Source of the DNA: Azonexaceae bacterium
Lineage (GTDB): Bacteria > Pseudomonadota > Gammaproteobacteria > Burkholderiales > Rhodocyclaceae
NCBI GenBank assembly: GCA_013335535.1
Contig: JAAXVL010000010.1
Coordinates: forward strand, 78,992-142,991
Direction of reading: 5' to 3'
DNA: 64,000 nucleotides
Part shown: piece by piece, positions 49,933 through 58,629 of the stretch
How the letters are laid out: each line of letters begins with the position of its first letter
Numbering within the stretch: position 1 is the first letter of the stretch
The notes under the pieces: model-generated
The model's input: only the letters and a program-made list of their open reading frames with translations
Databases searched by the model: none
Told to the model about the DNA's origin: nothing
Program-made: the position numbers and the translations under genes

Positions 49933-51411
49933 ATGTTTCCCCATCCCCGCTCTCTTGCTCTACTTTTGGGTGCCGGCATCTTGTCGGGCTGCGCTGTCGG
50001 CCCCGACTACCAGCCTCCCCTGGTCGAGCTGACATCGACCTTTGTCGGGCAGAAGGGCGTCGAGCAACGTTCGGTGCAAGGCAAGGCAGACCTGCAACGC
50101 TGGTGGGCCGCCTTTGACGATGCTTTGCTCGCGCACTATGTTGCTCTTGCACTCGAGCAGAATCTAGACATCGCCCAGGCTACGGCGCGCCTCGCCCAGT
50201 CGCGGGCGGCATTGCGCTACGCCGATGCGGCCTTGTTGCCCGCGGGCAATGTGAGTGCGAGCGCCGGGCGAGGCTACCTGTCGGTGGAGACACCGCTCGG
50301 GCAGGTGCTCAATAGCAGGCCCGGCTTCGACCGCTGGGGCGGCGCTTACGAGGCCAATCTCGGGGCGAGTTGGGAGATCGACCTGTTCGGCGGTCTGCAG
50401 CGATGGCGGGAGACTGCCCGCGCCGAATACGAGGCGTCCGAAGCTGGCGTTGCGGCGACACGGCTGGCCATCGCCGCGCAGACCGCGGACGTGTACGTCA
50501 TGATCCGTGGCCTGCAGGCGCGCATTGCGATTGCCCAACAGCAGGTCGAGACCCGACGCCGCTTGCTCGCCATGATCCAGCTCCAATACGAGAAGGGAAT
50601 CGCCGCCGAACTCCAGAAGAACCAGGCTGAGGGTTCGCTGACCCAGGCCGAGGCACAGATTCCCGTCCTCGACGCCGGCCTCGATTCGGCGATGAACGCG
50701 CTCGACGTGCTGCTCGGCGTGCAGCCGGGAACCCATCGCGCCGAACTGGCGCCGGTGAAGCCGATCCCGGCCGCGCCGGCCATGGCCGAGACCGGCACCC
50801 CGGCCGAGATGCGGCGCCGCCGGCCGGACCTCATTGCCGCCGAACGCCGTCTGGCTGCGGCCAATGCGCGCATCGGCGTGGCAGTCGCGGAGTATTACCC
50901 GAAGTTCTCGCTCGGCGCGCTGCTCGGCAGCGCCACCGCAATCGCCAGCGGCAACCTGTTCACCGGGGGCGCCAGCCAGGCCCAGGGCGTGCTCGGGCTG
51001 CGCTGGCGGCTGTTCGACTTCGGCCGTGTCGACGCGCAGATCGCTGCCGCGCGCGGCCAGGAGGCCGAAGCCCTGGCGGCCTACCGGCTGGCCGTATTGC
51101 GGGCGACCGAGGATGTCGAGAACGCCTTCTCCGCCCTGGTCAACCGCGAGGCCCAGGTTGGCATCCTGACCCGGGGTGAGGCGTCGTTTGCCAGGGCGCG
51201 CGAAAACTCGTTTGCCGCCTATCAGGGCGGCGTCGTCAGCCTGATCGAGGTGCTCGATGCCGACGGCAACCTGCTGCAGGCGCGCGATGCCAAGGCCCAG
51301 GCACAAACCGAGGCGGCGCGTGCCGCCATCGCCTCCTTTCGGGCCTTGGGCGGCGGCTGGGATACCCCATCGACAAACACCATCAAGCCCTCCACCAACG
51401 AAAACAGGTAA
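49933..51411 (+). CDS. efflux outer-membrane factor lipoprotein (NodT/OprM family)
   Basis: Lipobox LSGC followed by AVGPDYQPP, the hallmark N-terminus of NodT-family proteins. Confidence 0.85.
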   Translation: MFPHPRSLALLLGAGILSGCAVGPDYQPPLVELTSTFVGQKGVEQRSVQGKADLQRWWAAFDDALLAHYVALALEQNLDIAQATARLAQSRAALRYADAALLPAGNVSASAGRGYLSVETPLGQVLNSRPGFDRWGGAYEANLGASWEIDLFGGLQRWRETARAEYEASEAGVAATRLAIAAQTADVYVMIRGLQARIAIAQQQVETRRRLLAMIQLQYEKGIAAELQKNQAEGSLTQAEAQIPVLDAGLDSAMNALDVLLGVQPGTHRAELAPVKPIPAAPAMAETGTPAEMRRRRPDLIAAERRLAAANARIGVAVAEYYPKFSLGALLGSATAIASGNLFTGGASQAQGVLGLRWRLFDFGRVDAQIAAARGQEAEALAAYRLAVLRATEDVENAFSALVNREAQVGILTRGEASFARARENSFAAYQGGVVSLIEVLDADGNLLQARDAKAQAQTEAARAAIASFRALGGGWDTPSTNTIKPSTNENR

Positions 51412-51416
51412 GTAAA

Positions 51417-52202
51417 ATGACCTCAACCAATAATTCATGGGTACTCATCACGGGCGCATCGAGCGGCTTCGGCGAGGAATTCGCCCGCCAATATGCCGAA
51501 CAAGGTCACTCGCTGGTCCTCGTGGCGCGCCGGCTGGACCGCCTGGAAGCACTTGCCGAGACGCTGCGCCGGCAATACCGCGTCGAAATCGCGGTCGAGC
51601 AGGTCGATCTCTCCGATATTGAAGCGATCACCCAACTGCATCGGCGCCTCCGCGAGCGCGGCATTGCCATTGAAATCCTGATCAACAATGCCGGTCATGG
51701 ATTGCAAGGCCCTTTCGTGGACAGCCCGTTGGACGCAACCCTGGCCATGGTGCAGCTCGATGTGGCCAGCCTGACTGCGGTCACCCATGTCTTCGCCCAG
51801 GACATGCGGGCGCGAAAACGCGGGAAGGTCCTGCTGGTCGCCAGCCTGCTGGCCTACCAGGGCGTGCAGAACTTCGCCGTCTATGCCGCCGCCAAGGCCT
51901 ACGTGTTGCGTCTGGGTGAAGCGTTGCATCGCGAACTCAAGCGCGATGGCGTTACCGTGACGACGCTGTGTCCCGGCATGTCGGATACCGGCTTCGCCAC
52001 CGCCGCGCAGCAGAGGCTGACGCCCGCATTGAAGCTGTTGATGATGCAGCCGGCGCCCGTCGTGCGCGCCGGTATTCGCGCCTTGCAGGCCGGACGCATC
52101 AGCGTTGTGGCGGGCTGGGCGAACAAGGCCCTGGTGATCCTGACCTGGGCGACGCCGCGCTGGCTGCACCAGGCCTTCATGTCGCAAGCGATGAATGGAT
52201 GA
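51417..52202 (+). CDS. short-chain dehydrogenase/reductase
   Basis: TGASSGFG, NNAG and YAAAKAY motifs. Confidence 0.85.
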   Translation: MTSTNNSWVLITGASSGFGEEFARQYAEQGHSLVLVARRLDRLEALAETLRRQYRVEIAVEQVDLSDIEAITQLHRRLRERGIAIEILINNAGHGLQGPFVDSPLDATLAMVQLDVASLTAVTHVFAQDMRARKRGKVLLVASLLAYQGVQNFAVYAAAKAYVLRLGEALHRELKRDGVTVTTLCPGMSDTGFATAAQQRLTPALKLLMMQPAPVVRAGIRALQAGRISVVAGWANKALVILTWATPRWLHQAFMSQAMNG

Positions 52203-52252
52203 GCGAGTCGGTCAAACGCTCACAACGAATATCCACAGTAAGGAGTGGCCCC

Positions 52253-52807
52253 ATGACAGCACCAACCGACGCGATGAATCCTGAAGACACGCTTGCCCGC
52301 TGGCGGGCCGAGGAAGCGGCCGTACGCGCCCGCTTGCAGAAGGCTCCCGGCTTGGCCACGCCTGCCCAAATCGCCGGACGCTCCGGATTGGCGGTGTTTC
52401 AGGCGCTGCTCGCCGGGGAAATTCCTCCCCCGCCAATGGCCGTCACCCTCGACTTCACCCTGCTTCGCATCGAGCCCGGATTCGCGGTGTTTCAGGGGCA
52501 GCCAGGGTTCAGTCATTACAACCCGATGGGCACGGTGCACGGCGGCTGGTTCGCAACCATGCTCGACAGCGCCCTGGGATGCGCCGTGCATTCCACGCTA
52601 TCGGCGGGCAGGGCCTACACCACCCTGGAACTGAAGCTCAACATTGTCCGCGCTCTCACCAACGCCGTTCCGCTGGTGCGCGCGGAAGCACGGCTGGTCC
52701 ACGGCGGCCGCCAGGTGGCGACCGCAGAAGCCCGGCTGGTCGGACCGGATGGCAAACTCTATGCCCATGCGACCACCACTTGCCTGATCTTTGATCTCGC
52801 TTCATAG
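52253..52807 (+). CDS. PaaI-family (hotdog fold) thioesterase
   Basis: Start at ATG 52253 with an AAGGAG RBS. Contains the NPMGTVHGGWFATMLDSALG motif. The ORF-track version from 51968 overlaps the SDR gene. Confidence 0.8.
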   Translation: MTAPTDAMNPEDTLARWRAEEAAVRARLQKAPGLATPAQIAGRSGLAVFQALLAGEIPPPPMAVTLDFTLLRIEPGFAVFQGQPGFSHYNPMGTVHGGWFATMLDSALGCAVHSTLSAGRAYTTLELKLNIVRALTNAVPLVRAEARLVHGGRQVATAEARLVGPDGKLYAHATTTCLIFDLAS

Positions 52808-53172
52808 GGCGGCACTAAAGCGTTCAGTCCTGTGGGGATACCTTAGCCCAGCAAACAGTAGCTTTCGCTTGGCGTAGCGTTACCCTGAATGGCCGCTTTT
52901 GAAATCTTCAAGCGGCGGGTAACCGCCCCAATACCGCCGGGCTTTCGGATGATGTCCAGGATCGGCTTTGGCCGATGTCCCGTCGGTCGCCCAAATTTCC
53001 AATCGGACAACGCTTAACCTCAACGCACATTCGGGGATCACAGATTGAGTGCGCAAATGGGCCGTAGATCTCTTTGTCCGATTAGTAGGCTTACTATGCC
53101 GAAATCCTTGCCATGACTCACTCACACAGCAATAGTGGCGTTTTTACACGGCATAGGCTGCGGTGGCGTTTA

Positions 53173-53211
53173 ATTTCAATTTTGGCTGTTTTTCCCGGTT
53201 GACCGTGGCAA
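53173..53211 (+). repeat. dispersed 40-bp repeat, copy 11
   Basis: atttcaattttggctgtttttcccggttgaccgtggcaa. Confidence 0.85.
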
Positions 53212-53259
53212 CGACTATTACTTTGGTCAGAGCACCTTGCTCCGTCGTGGAGCAGTTGT

Positions 53260-53793
53260 TCAGTTTTTGAACAGCCCACCGGGCAACATGCGTTGCAAGG
53301 TGCCGTCACGGTTGAACAAGTGTTTGAGCGCGCCGGCGATGTGCAGGGCGATGAGGCCAGCGAGGCCCCAGACGAAGGCGACGTGTGCCAGTTTGAAAGC
53401 GCCGTTGAGCGACTCGTCGGGCCAGCCCATCCTGGGCAGTTCGATGCCGAAGAACTTGATGGCGTAGGGCGTGAAGGACGAGGCGAGGAAGCCGGCCAGC
53501 GGCGCCATGAACAACAGGGCGTAGAGCGCGTGATGAACCGCCGTGGCCAGTTTGGCTTCCCAGCCGGTGGCCAGCGGCTTTGGGGCTGGATGACCACGGC
53601 GCCAGGCGAGGCGGGCAACGATGAGGAGCAGCGCGAGCAGGCCGAGCGATTTGTGCAGGCCGTAGGCGGCGCTGCGCTCAGCGCCCTTGGGCAGATCGAC
53701 CATGGTCCAGCCCAGCCAGAGCAGCCAGATCACGACGATGGCCTGCGCCCAGTGCAGCACGATGGCCGGTAATGTGTAGCGTTGCGCGCTCAT
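53260..53793 (-). CDS. cytochrome b561 family protein (CybB-like)
   Basis: Motifs YTLPAIVLHWAQAIV, HKSLGLL, HHALY and ALHIAGALKH. ATGA overlap with the propeller gene. Confidence 0.85.
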   Translation of the reverse strand: MSAQRYTLPAIVLHWAQAIVVIWLLWLGWTMVDLPKGAERSAAYGLHKSLGLLALLLIVARLAWRRGHPAPKPLATGWEAKLATAVHHALYALLFMAPLAGFLASSFTPYAIKFFGIELPRMGWPDESLNGAFKLAHVAFVWGLAGLIALHIAGALKHLFNRDGTLQRMLPGGLFKN

Positions 53794-54725
53794 CGGATGC
53801 TCACACCCCAGGGCAATTCGCCGACTTCGATATCAGAGAGCTTCTTGAAGCTGGCGGTATCGATGACGGAAACAGTGCCGGAACGGCCATTGGCGACGTA
53901 AAGCTTGGCGCCGTCTGGCGTGATCGCCATGTTCCACGGGCGTTTGCCGACTTCGACAGTGGCGACGACGGCATTGCTGGCAACATCGATAGCCATCACC
54001 GACGGGTCGCGCCCGTTGGAAACGAAGATCCGCTTGCCGTCCGGATGCACGGCGATCCCGTTCGGATACTGGCCGGCAGTGATTTCAGCGATGACGCGGC
54101 GCTCGGCAACGTCGATGGCGTACACCTTGCCGGCCATTTCGCTGGCCACATAGGCCCGGCTACCGTCGGGCAGGAAGCCGATGCCGCGCGGCCGCTTGCC
54201 GACCGCAATGCTGGCCACCTGTTTGCGCGCCTTGACGTCGACCACATCGACCTGCTCCGCCTCCTCTGCGCTCACATAAAGCCAGCGGCCGTCCGGGCTG
54301 AACACGGCGTGTTCCGGGTTCTTGCCCTGCACCTTGATGCGCGCCAGCTCCTTGCCCTGCGGCGCGGCGAGCAGGACAACGCTGTTGTCGTCCTCGACAG
54401 CCACGGCAAGCCGCGTACCGTCGGCCGAAAGGCTCACGCCTTCAGGCGAATCACCGACCTTGACGGTCTTCAGCAATTTGCCGGAAGCGCCGTCAACAAC
54501 GAGCAGGCTGCCCGTCTTGCCATCCGTCAGATAAACCTGCCCCGCCCCGCTGGCAATGCCGCGCGGCCGTTCGCCGACGGGAAAGTCGCCGACGCGCTGG
54601 TCGGTAGCGGTGTCGATGATGCTCAGCGTGGCCGTCTTTTCATTGGGCACATAGGCCATCGGCCCGGCCAGAACAGCGCCGGAAAACACCGCAAACAGTA
54701 CAGCCAGAAGGCGTTTGGGGGACAT
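53790..54725 (-). CDS. YVTN-repeat beta-propeller protein (PQQ-dependent-catabolism-associated type)
   Basis: Repeated V.VGxxPxGIA / LYV.N motifs; signal peptide. Confidence 0.8.
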   Translation of the reverse strand: MSPKRLLAVLFAVFSGAVLAGPMAYVPNEKTATLSIIDTATDQRVGDFPVGERPRGIASGAGQVYLTDGKTGSLLVVDGASGKLLKTVKVGDSPEGVSLSADGTRLAVAVEDDNSVVLLAAPQGKELARIKVQGKNPEHAVFSPDGRWLYVSAEEAEQVDVVDVKARKQVASIAVGKRPRGIGFLPDGSRAYVASEMAGKVYAIDVAERRVIAEITAGQYPNGIAVHPDGKRIFVSNGRDPSVMAIDVASNAVVATVEVGKRPWNMAITPDGAKLYVANGRSGTVSVIDTASFKKLSDIEVGELPWGVSIR

Positions 54726-54727
54726 CG

Positions 54728-55576
54728 TCAGCTCGCCTGATGGGTAATGCCGTGACGTTTGAAGATGCCGGCGATGGTGCCGTCGTTCTTCAGTTCCGCC
54801 ATGGCGCGCCCGAGGGCTTCGGCCAGCGCCTGATCCTCGACCTTGACTGCCATGCCGAGCGGCCAGCTGTCGACCTTCAGTTCGGCGAATTTCGGGCTGT
54901 CGAGAACGACATTGCCCTGCCCCTTGGTCGCTGCTTCAAGTTCGGCACGCGAGCCGAGCACCGCCGCCACCTTGCCATCGGCCATACCCTTGGCGGCATC
55001 GGCCACCGTCTTGAAATGCACGACGTTCTCGCGCAAGCGGCCATTCAGCACGCCCAGCAGGAAGGAGTCAGCCAGCGAGGTGGTTTCAACACCGATCTTT
55101 TCGCGCGTGAAAATTTCCAGCGCAACGGCCGCCGAGCCTGCGAGCGCCTTCGGCACACGTTCCGGATTGCGCGCCAGGGCCAGCGTTTCGACGTGATAGG
55201 CGCCAAAAATGCGGACCTTGTCGTTGGCGCGCGCCAGATATTCGTCGACTGGCACGTGCATCATGACGTCGGACGGCTGGGTGCCCAGATAATGGCCCTT
55301 CCAAACCATGTTGCGCAGGTCGTCGTTCATGTCCTCGTCGGCGTTGTAGCCGACGACTTCGGCCGTCAGACCGATCTTGGCGGCGAGCGCCCGGGCGATG
55401 TCGGCATCGATGCCCTTGCCGCCCGCCATCGAGTACGGCGCGAAGTCGTTATAGACCGCAACGCGCAGACGACCGCGCTGACGGATATCTTCGAAGCCAT
55501 CGGCCATGGCCGGCAAAGCTGCAGCCATGGGCAGCGCGGCCAGCGCCTTCAACCAGAGACGACGATCATTCTTCAT
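54728..55576 (-). CDS. periplasmic family-3 substrate-binding protein, MoxJ-like / quinoprotein-dehydrogenase-associated
   Basis: Signal peptide followed by LRVAVYNDFAPYS. No ABC permease or ATPase is adjacent. Confidence 0.75.
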   Translation of the reverse strand: MKNDRRLWLKALAALPMAAALPAMADGFEDIRQRGRLRVAVYNDFAPYSMAGGKGIDADIARALAAKIGLTAEVVGYNADEDMNDDLRNMVWKGHYLGTQPSDVMMHVPVDEYLARANDKVRIFGAYHVETLALARNPERVPKALAGSAAVALEIFTREKIGVETTSLADSFLLGVLNGRLRENVVHFKTVADAAKGMADGKVAAVLGSRAELEAATKGQGNVVLDSPKFAELKVDSWPLGMAVKVEDQALAEALGRAMAELKNDGTIAGIFKRHGITHQAS

Positions 55577-55994
55577 GGACAGTTTCCAACCAGGTGCGGA
55601 TGGCCCACATGGCCTCCTGACTCAGTGTACCTTCGAACGGCGGCATGTAAACACGGCCGTCGCGCACAGCGCCCTTGCGGATGCGCTGCAGGAAAACCTC
55701 GTCGCCTTCGTCGCCGAGCGGCAGGAAACGCAGATCGGGGGCAATACCGCCGGAGATGGCGCCCAGGCCGTGGCAGCGGGCACAGTTCTGGTTAAAGGCG
55801 GAATCTCCAATGCGAATCGCGGTCTTATCCTTGCGGTAAGGATTGCTCGGCAGGAAATCGGCGCCCAGGTTTTTCAGGCCGGTCGTATCGACGGCCTGCG
55901 GCACGACGTCACCGTGGGCGAAAACCTGGGACGCGGCCGTGCAAATGAGAAGGGCTGCGGCAACAGCACCGAGTTGTCGGAAGGGATGTTTCAC
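55566..55994 (-). CDS. cytochrome c550 of the ExaB/PedF type (electron acceptor of quinoprotein ADH)
   Basis: GTG 55994 preceded by AAGGAGA. Signal peptide (AAALLICTAASQVFA), CARCH heme motif and MPPF Met-ligand region. Confidence 0.75.
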   Translation of the reverse strand: MKHPFRQLGAVAAALLICTAASQVFAHGDVVPQAVDTTGLKNLGADFLPSNPYRKDKTAIRIGDSAFNQNCARCHGLGAISGGIAPDLRFLPLGDEGDEVFLQRIRKGAVRDGRVYMPPFEGTLSQEAMWAIRTWLETVHEE

Positions 55995-56042
55995 AATGTC
56001 TCCTTGTTTGATTGCGGGGTACTGCCTTTGTGACAAGGCATC

Positions 56043-56058
56043 TGCAAACCCTGTGCCA
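56043..56058 (-). promoter_or_regulatory. sigma-54 promoter for the cytochrome c550 / SBP / propeller / b561 operon
   Basis: Minus strand reads CTGGCACAGGGTTTGCA, about 50 nt upstream of GTG 55994. Confidence 0.7.
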
Positions 56059-56139
56059 GCTCGCCGGGCAAACCGCAAAATCCCTTTGCTGGCGGCTTTC
56101 AGCGGAGACTGCGCAAAAATGGCAACATTTGCCAGTGCA

Positions 56140-56155
56140 TGGCACGGCATTTGCT
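56140..56155 (+). promoter_or_regulatory. sigma-54 promoter upstream of the activator gene itself
   Basis: TGGCACGGCATTTGCT, about 105 nt upstream of ATG 56261. Confidence 0.6.
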
Positions 56156-56260
56156 GAAAGGTGTAGCGCACTGCTCGCTTCATTGCTAATAAAAAGGGCA
56201 GGTGTTACGTTATGAAGCAATAAAACTATAAATAGAGTTAGAGAAGACGCCGGAGGAGAG

Positions 56261-58246
56261 ATGGGACAGATTCAATTAGTGGCCGAAATTCACGGCCAGC
56301 GCCTGGAACAGGCACGACAGCTGTTTTTTGATCAGGGCAGCCTGCCCGATGGTTTGATCGATCCGGTGATCGTCCGTTCGTGGGAACGTTGCCGGCGCTT
56401 CGGGCTGGGCGAAGCCCACGCCATTCCGGCCGTCGATGCCATGGACCGCGTCGCCCTGAAAACCGAGCAGGACCGCAATCGCCTCCTGCTCGCCCAAGGC
56501 CGGCCGATCATGGAGCATGTTTACGAGCAGATCCGCGAATCCGGCAGCATGGTCATTCTTGCCGACGCCAACGGTCTGCTCCTCGAAACCGTTGGCGATG
56601 CCGACTTCGTCAACCGCGCCGACCGCGTTGCGCTGTCGGCCGGCGCTTCGTGGGACGAGAACCTGCGCGGCACCAATGCCATCGGTACCGCCCTGTCCGA
56701 AGAAAGCCCCGTCTCCATCCTCGGCGGCGAGCACTTCCTCGAACACAACAGTTTCCTGACCTGCTGCGCCAGCCCCATCTTCGGGCCGGACGGCCGGCTG
56801 ATCGGCGTTCTCGACATTTCCGGCGATTACCGCAGCTACCAGCGCCACACGCTGGGCCTGGTCCGCATGTCCTCGGCCATCGTCGAGCGGCGCCTCTTTG
56901 AATCGGTCCACACCCGCGACATCCTCGTCTGCTTCCACCACCGTGCCGACTACCTAGGCAGCCCGAAGGAAGGCATCGCTGCCGTTTCGCCGGACGGCCA
57001 GGTGCTGGCCATGAATCGCAACGGCACCGAACTGCTTGGCATCCGCCAGGTAGACGCCGTGCGCCGCGACTTTTCGATGGTTTTCGAAAGCAACCTGTCG
57101 GCGCTTGTCGACCGTCTGCGCCATACGCCATTCGGCAGCTACGAGATCAACGTCAATGGCAAATCCCTGCACGTCCAACTGCGCGGCCAGTTGCCGCCGC
57201 TCGCCATGGCCGGCCGGGTGTACGACGAACCGGCCGCCATCCGCGCCCCGCGCCGGCCCGAAGCCGCCGCCCCTTCCGGCCCGACGCTCGACACGCTGAA
57301 CACCGGCGATGCCCGCCTGCAGGCCGCCATCGAGCGCGCCCGACGCATCCTCGGCAAGGACATTCCCATCCTCATCCAGGGCGAATCGGGTGCCGGCAAG
57401 GAAATGTTCGCCAAGGGCTTCCACAACAGCGGCCCGCGCAGCACCGGCCCCTTTGTTGCCCTCAACTGCGCGTCGATCCCGGAAACACTCATCGAATCCG
57501 AACTCTTCGGCTACCAGGGCGGCGCCTTCACCGGCGCCCGCAAGGAAGGCGCCCCGGGCAAGATCCAGCAGGCGCACGGGGGTACCCTCTTCCTCGACGA
57601 AATCGGCGACATGCCGCTCAACCTGCAGGCCCGACTGCTGCGCGTGCTGCAGGAACGTTGCGTCACGCCGCTGGGCAGCACACGGGCGATCCAGGTCGAT
57701 ATTTCGCTGGTCTGCGCCACCCACCGAAAATTGCGCGAAGAAGTCGCCCGTGGCGCCTTCCGCGAAGACCTTTATTACCGGCTCAACGGCATGAGCGTCA
57801 CCATGCCAGCCCTGCGCGAGCGCACCGACATTCGCGCCCTGGTCACCAAGATCGCCGCCTCGGAAACGACGAACCGCAGCCTGCAGGTCCGTTTCTCCGA
57901 AAAGGCCCAGCACGCCATTGAGAACTATGCCTGGCCGGGCAACATCCGCCAGCTGTTCAACGTTATCCGCGTCGCCATCGCGCTACTCGACGACGACGAA
58001 GCCGTCATCAACGAAAGCCATCTGCCGGAAGAACTGTTCGAAACCATCATCGCCAGCCCCCCCAACGCGCCGCAAGGCTTCGACCCGTGGGCAGCAGCGC
58101 CGCTCGAAGGTGCCAACAGCATGGATGCGATCAGTCGTCAGGCCGCGATGCGCGCCCTCGACGCCGCTGGCGGCAACATCTCGTCAGCCGCGCGCCAGCT
58201 CGGCATCAGCCGCAACACGCTGTACCGCAAGCTGGGACGGATGTAG
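56261..58246 (+). CDS. sigma-54-dependent transcriptional activator, AcoR type (N-terminal GAF-like sensor, AAA+, Fis-type HTH)
   Basis: Walker A GESGAGKE, the GAFTGA loop (YQGGAFTGA), RVLQE, and C-terminal HTH AARQLGISRNTLYRKL. Confidence 0.9.
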   Translation: MGQIQLVAEIHGQRLEQARQLFFDQGSLPDGLIDPVIVRSWERCRRFGLGEAHAIPAVDAMDRVALKTEQDRNRLLLAQGRPIMEHVYEQIRESGSMVILADANGLLLETVGDADFVNRADRVALSAGASWDENLRGTNAIGTALSEESPVSILGGEHFLEHNSFLTCCASPIFGPDGRLIGVLDISGDYRSYQRHTLGLVRMSSAIVERRLFESVHTRDILVCFHHRADYLGSPKEGIAAVSPDGQVLAMNRNGTELLGIRQVDAVRRDFSMVFESNLSALVDRLRHTPFGSYEINVNGKSLHVQLRGQLPPLAMAGRVYDEPAAIRAPRRPEAAAPSGPTLDTLNTGDARLQAAIERARRILGKDIPILIQGESGAGKEMFAKGFHNSGPRSTGPFVALNCASIPETLIESELFGYQGGAFTGARKEGAPGKIQQAHGGTLFLDEIGDMPLNLQARLLRVLQERCVTPLGSTRAIQVDISLVCATHRKLREEVARGAFREDLYYRLNGMSVTMPALRERTDIRALVTKIAASETTNRSLQVRFSEKAQHAIENYAWPGNIRQLFNVIRVAIALLDDDEAVINESHLPEELFETIIASPPNAPQGFDPWAAAPLEGANSMDAISRQAAMRALDAAGGNISSAARQLGISRNTLYRKLGRM

Positions 58247-58248
58247 GG

Positions 58249-58629
58249 CTAGAGGCCGAGCAGCGGGCTACGCGTCAGTGCCACACTGACGATGTAGCCG
58301 TAGGCCAGCACGGCCAACCCGAGGTAGCGCGTCCGGATTGACTTGGTTCGGCCGCGCTTGAGCGCCATCATGCCGAACAAAATGTAGGCGAGCAGGCCGA
58401 AGAGCTTGGCGGTCAGCCAGCCGTTCACAAACGGGTACTGGCCGCTCAGCCAGGCCATGGTCAGCGCGCTGCCGAGCAGCAGCGTATCGACGATGTGGGG
58501 CAGGATGCGCGTCAGGCGGTGCTGGCGCAGCGGCGATTCGCGCAGCATCCACCAGCCACGCAGGCCAAAACCCAGGCCACTGAGCACGACGCAGGTAACG
58601 TGCAGATGTTTGAGGGCGAGATAGCTCAT
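58249..58629 (-). CDS. SirB2-family small membrane protein
   Basis: Start at ATG 58629 overlapping the upstream stop (ATGA). MSYLALKHLHVTCVVLSGLGFGLRG is typical of SirB2/YchQ-like proteins. Confidence 0.65.
   Translation of the reverse strand: MSYLALKHLHVTCVVLSGLGFGLRGWWMLRESPLRQHRLTRILPHIVDTLLLGSALTMAWLSGQYPFVNGWLTAKLFGLLAYILFGMMALKRGRTKSIRTRYLGLAVLAYGYIVSVALTRSPLLGL

Noticed and set aside
51968-52252. N-terminal extensions of ORF-track entries 51968-52807, 31837-32832, 58249-58893, 55566-56183 and 3931-4857
   Set aside because: In each case the extension overlaps the preceding well-supported gene. An internal start with an RBS or a start/stop overlap gives a protein of the expected family length.
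52808-53172. 81-aa minus-strand ORF (52880-53125) and surrounding AT-richer DNA as a possible transposase/integrase remnant
   Set aside because: I translated all frames by eye and found no DDE, integrase or other recognisable motif. It is left unannotated; BLASTX would be needed.
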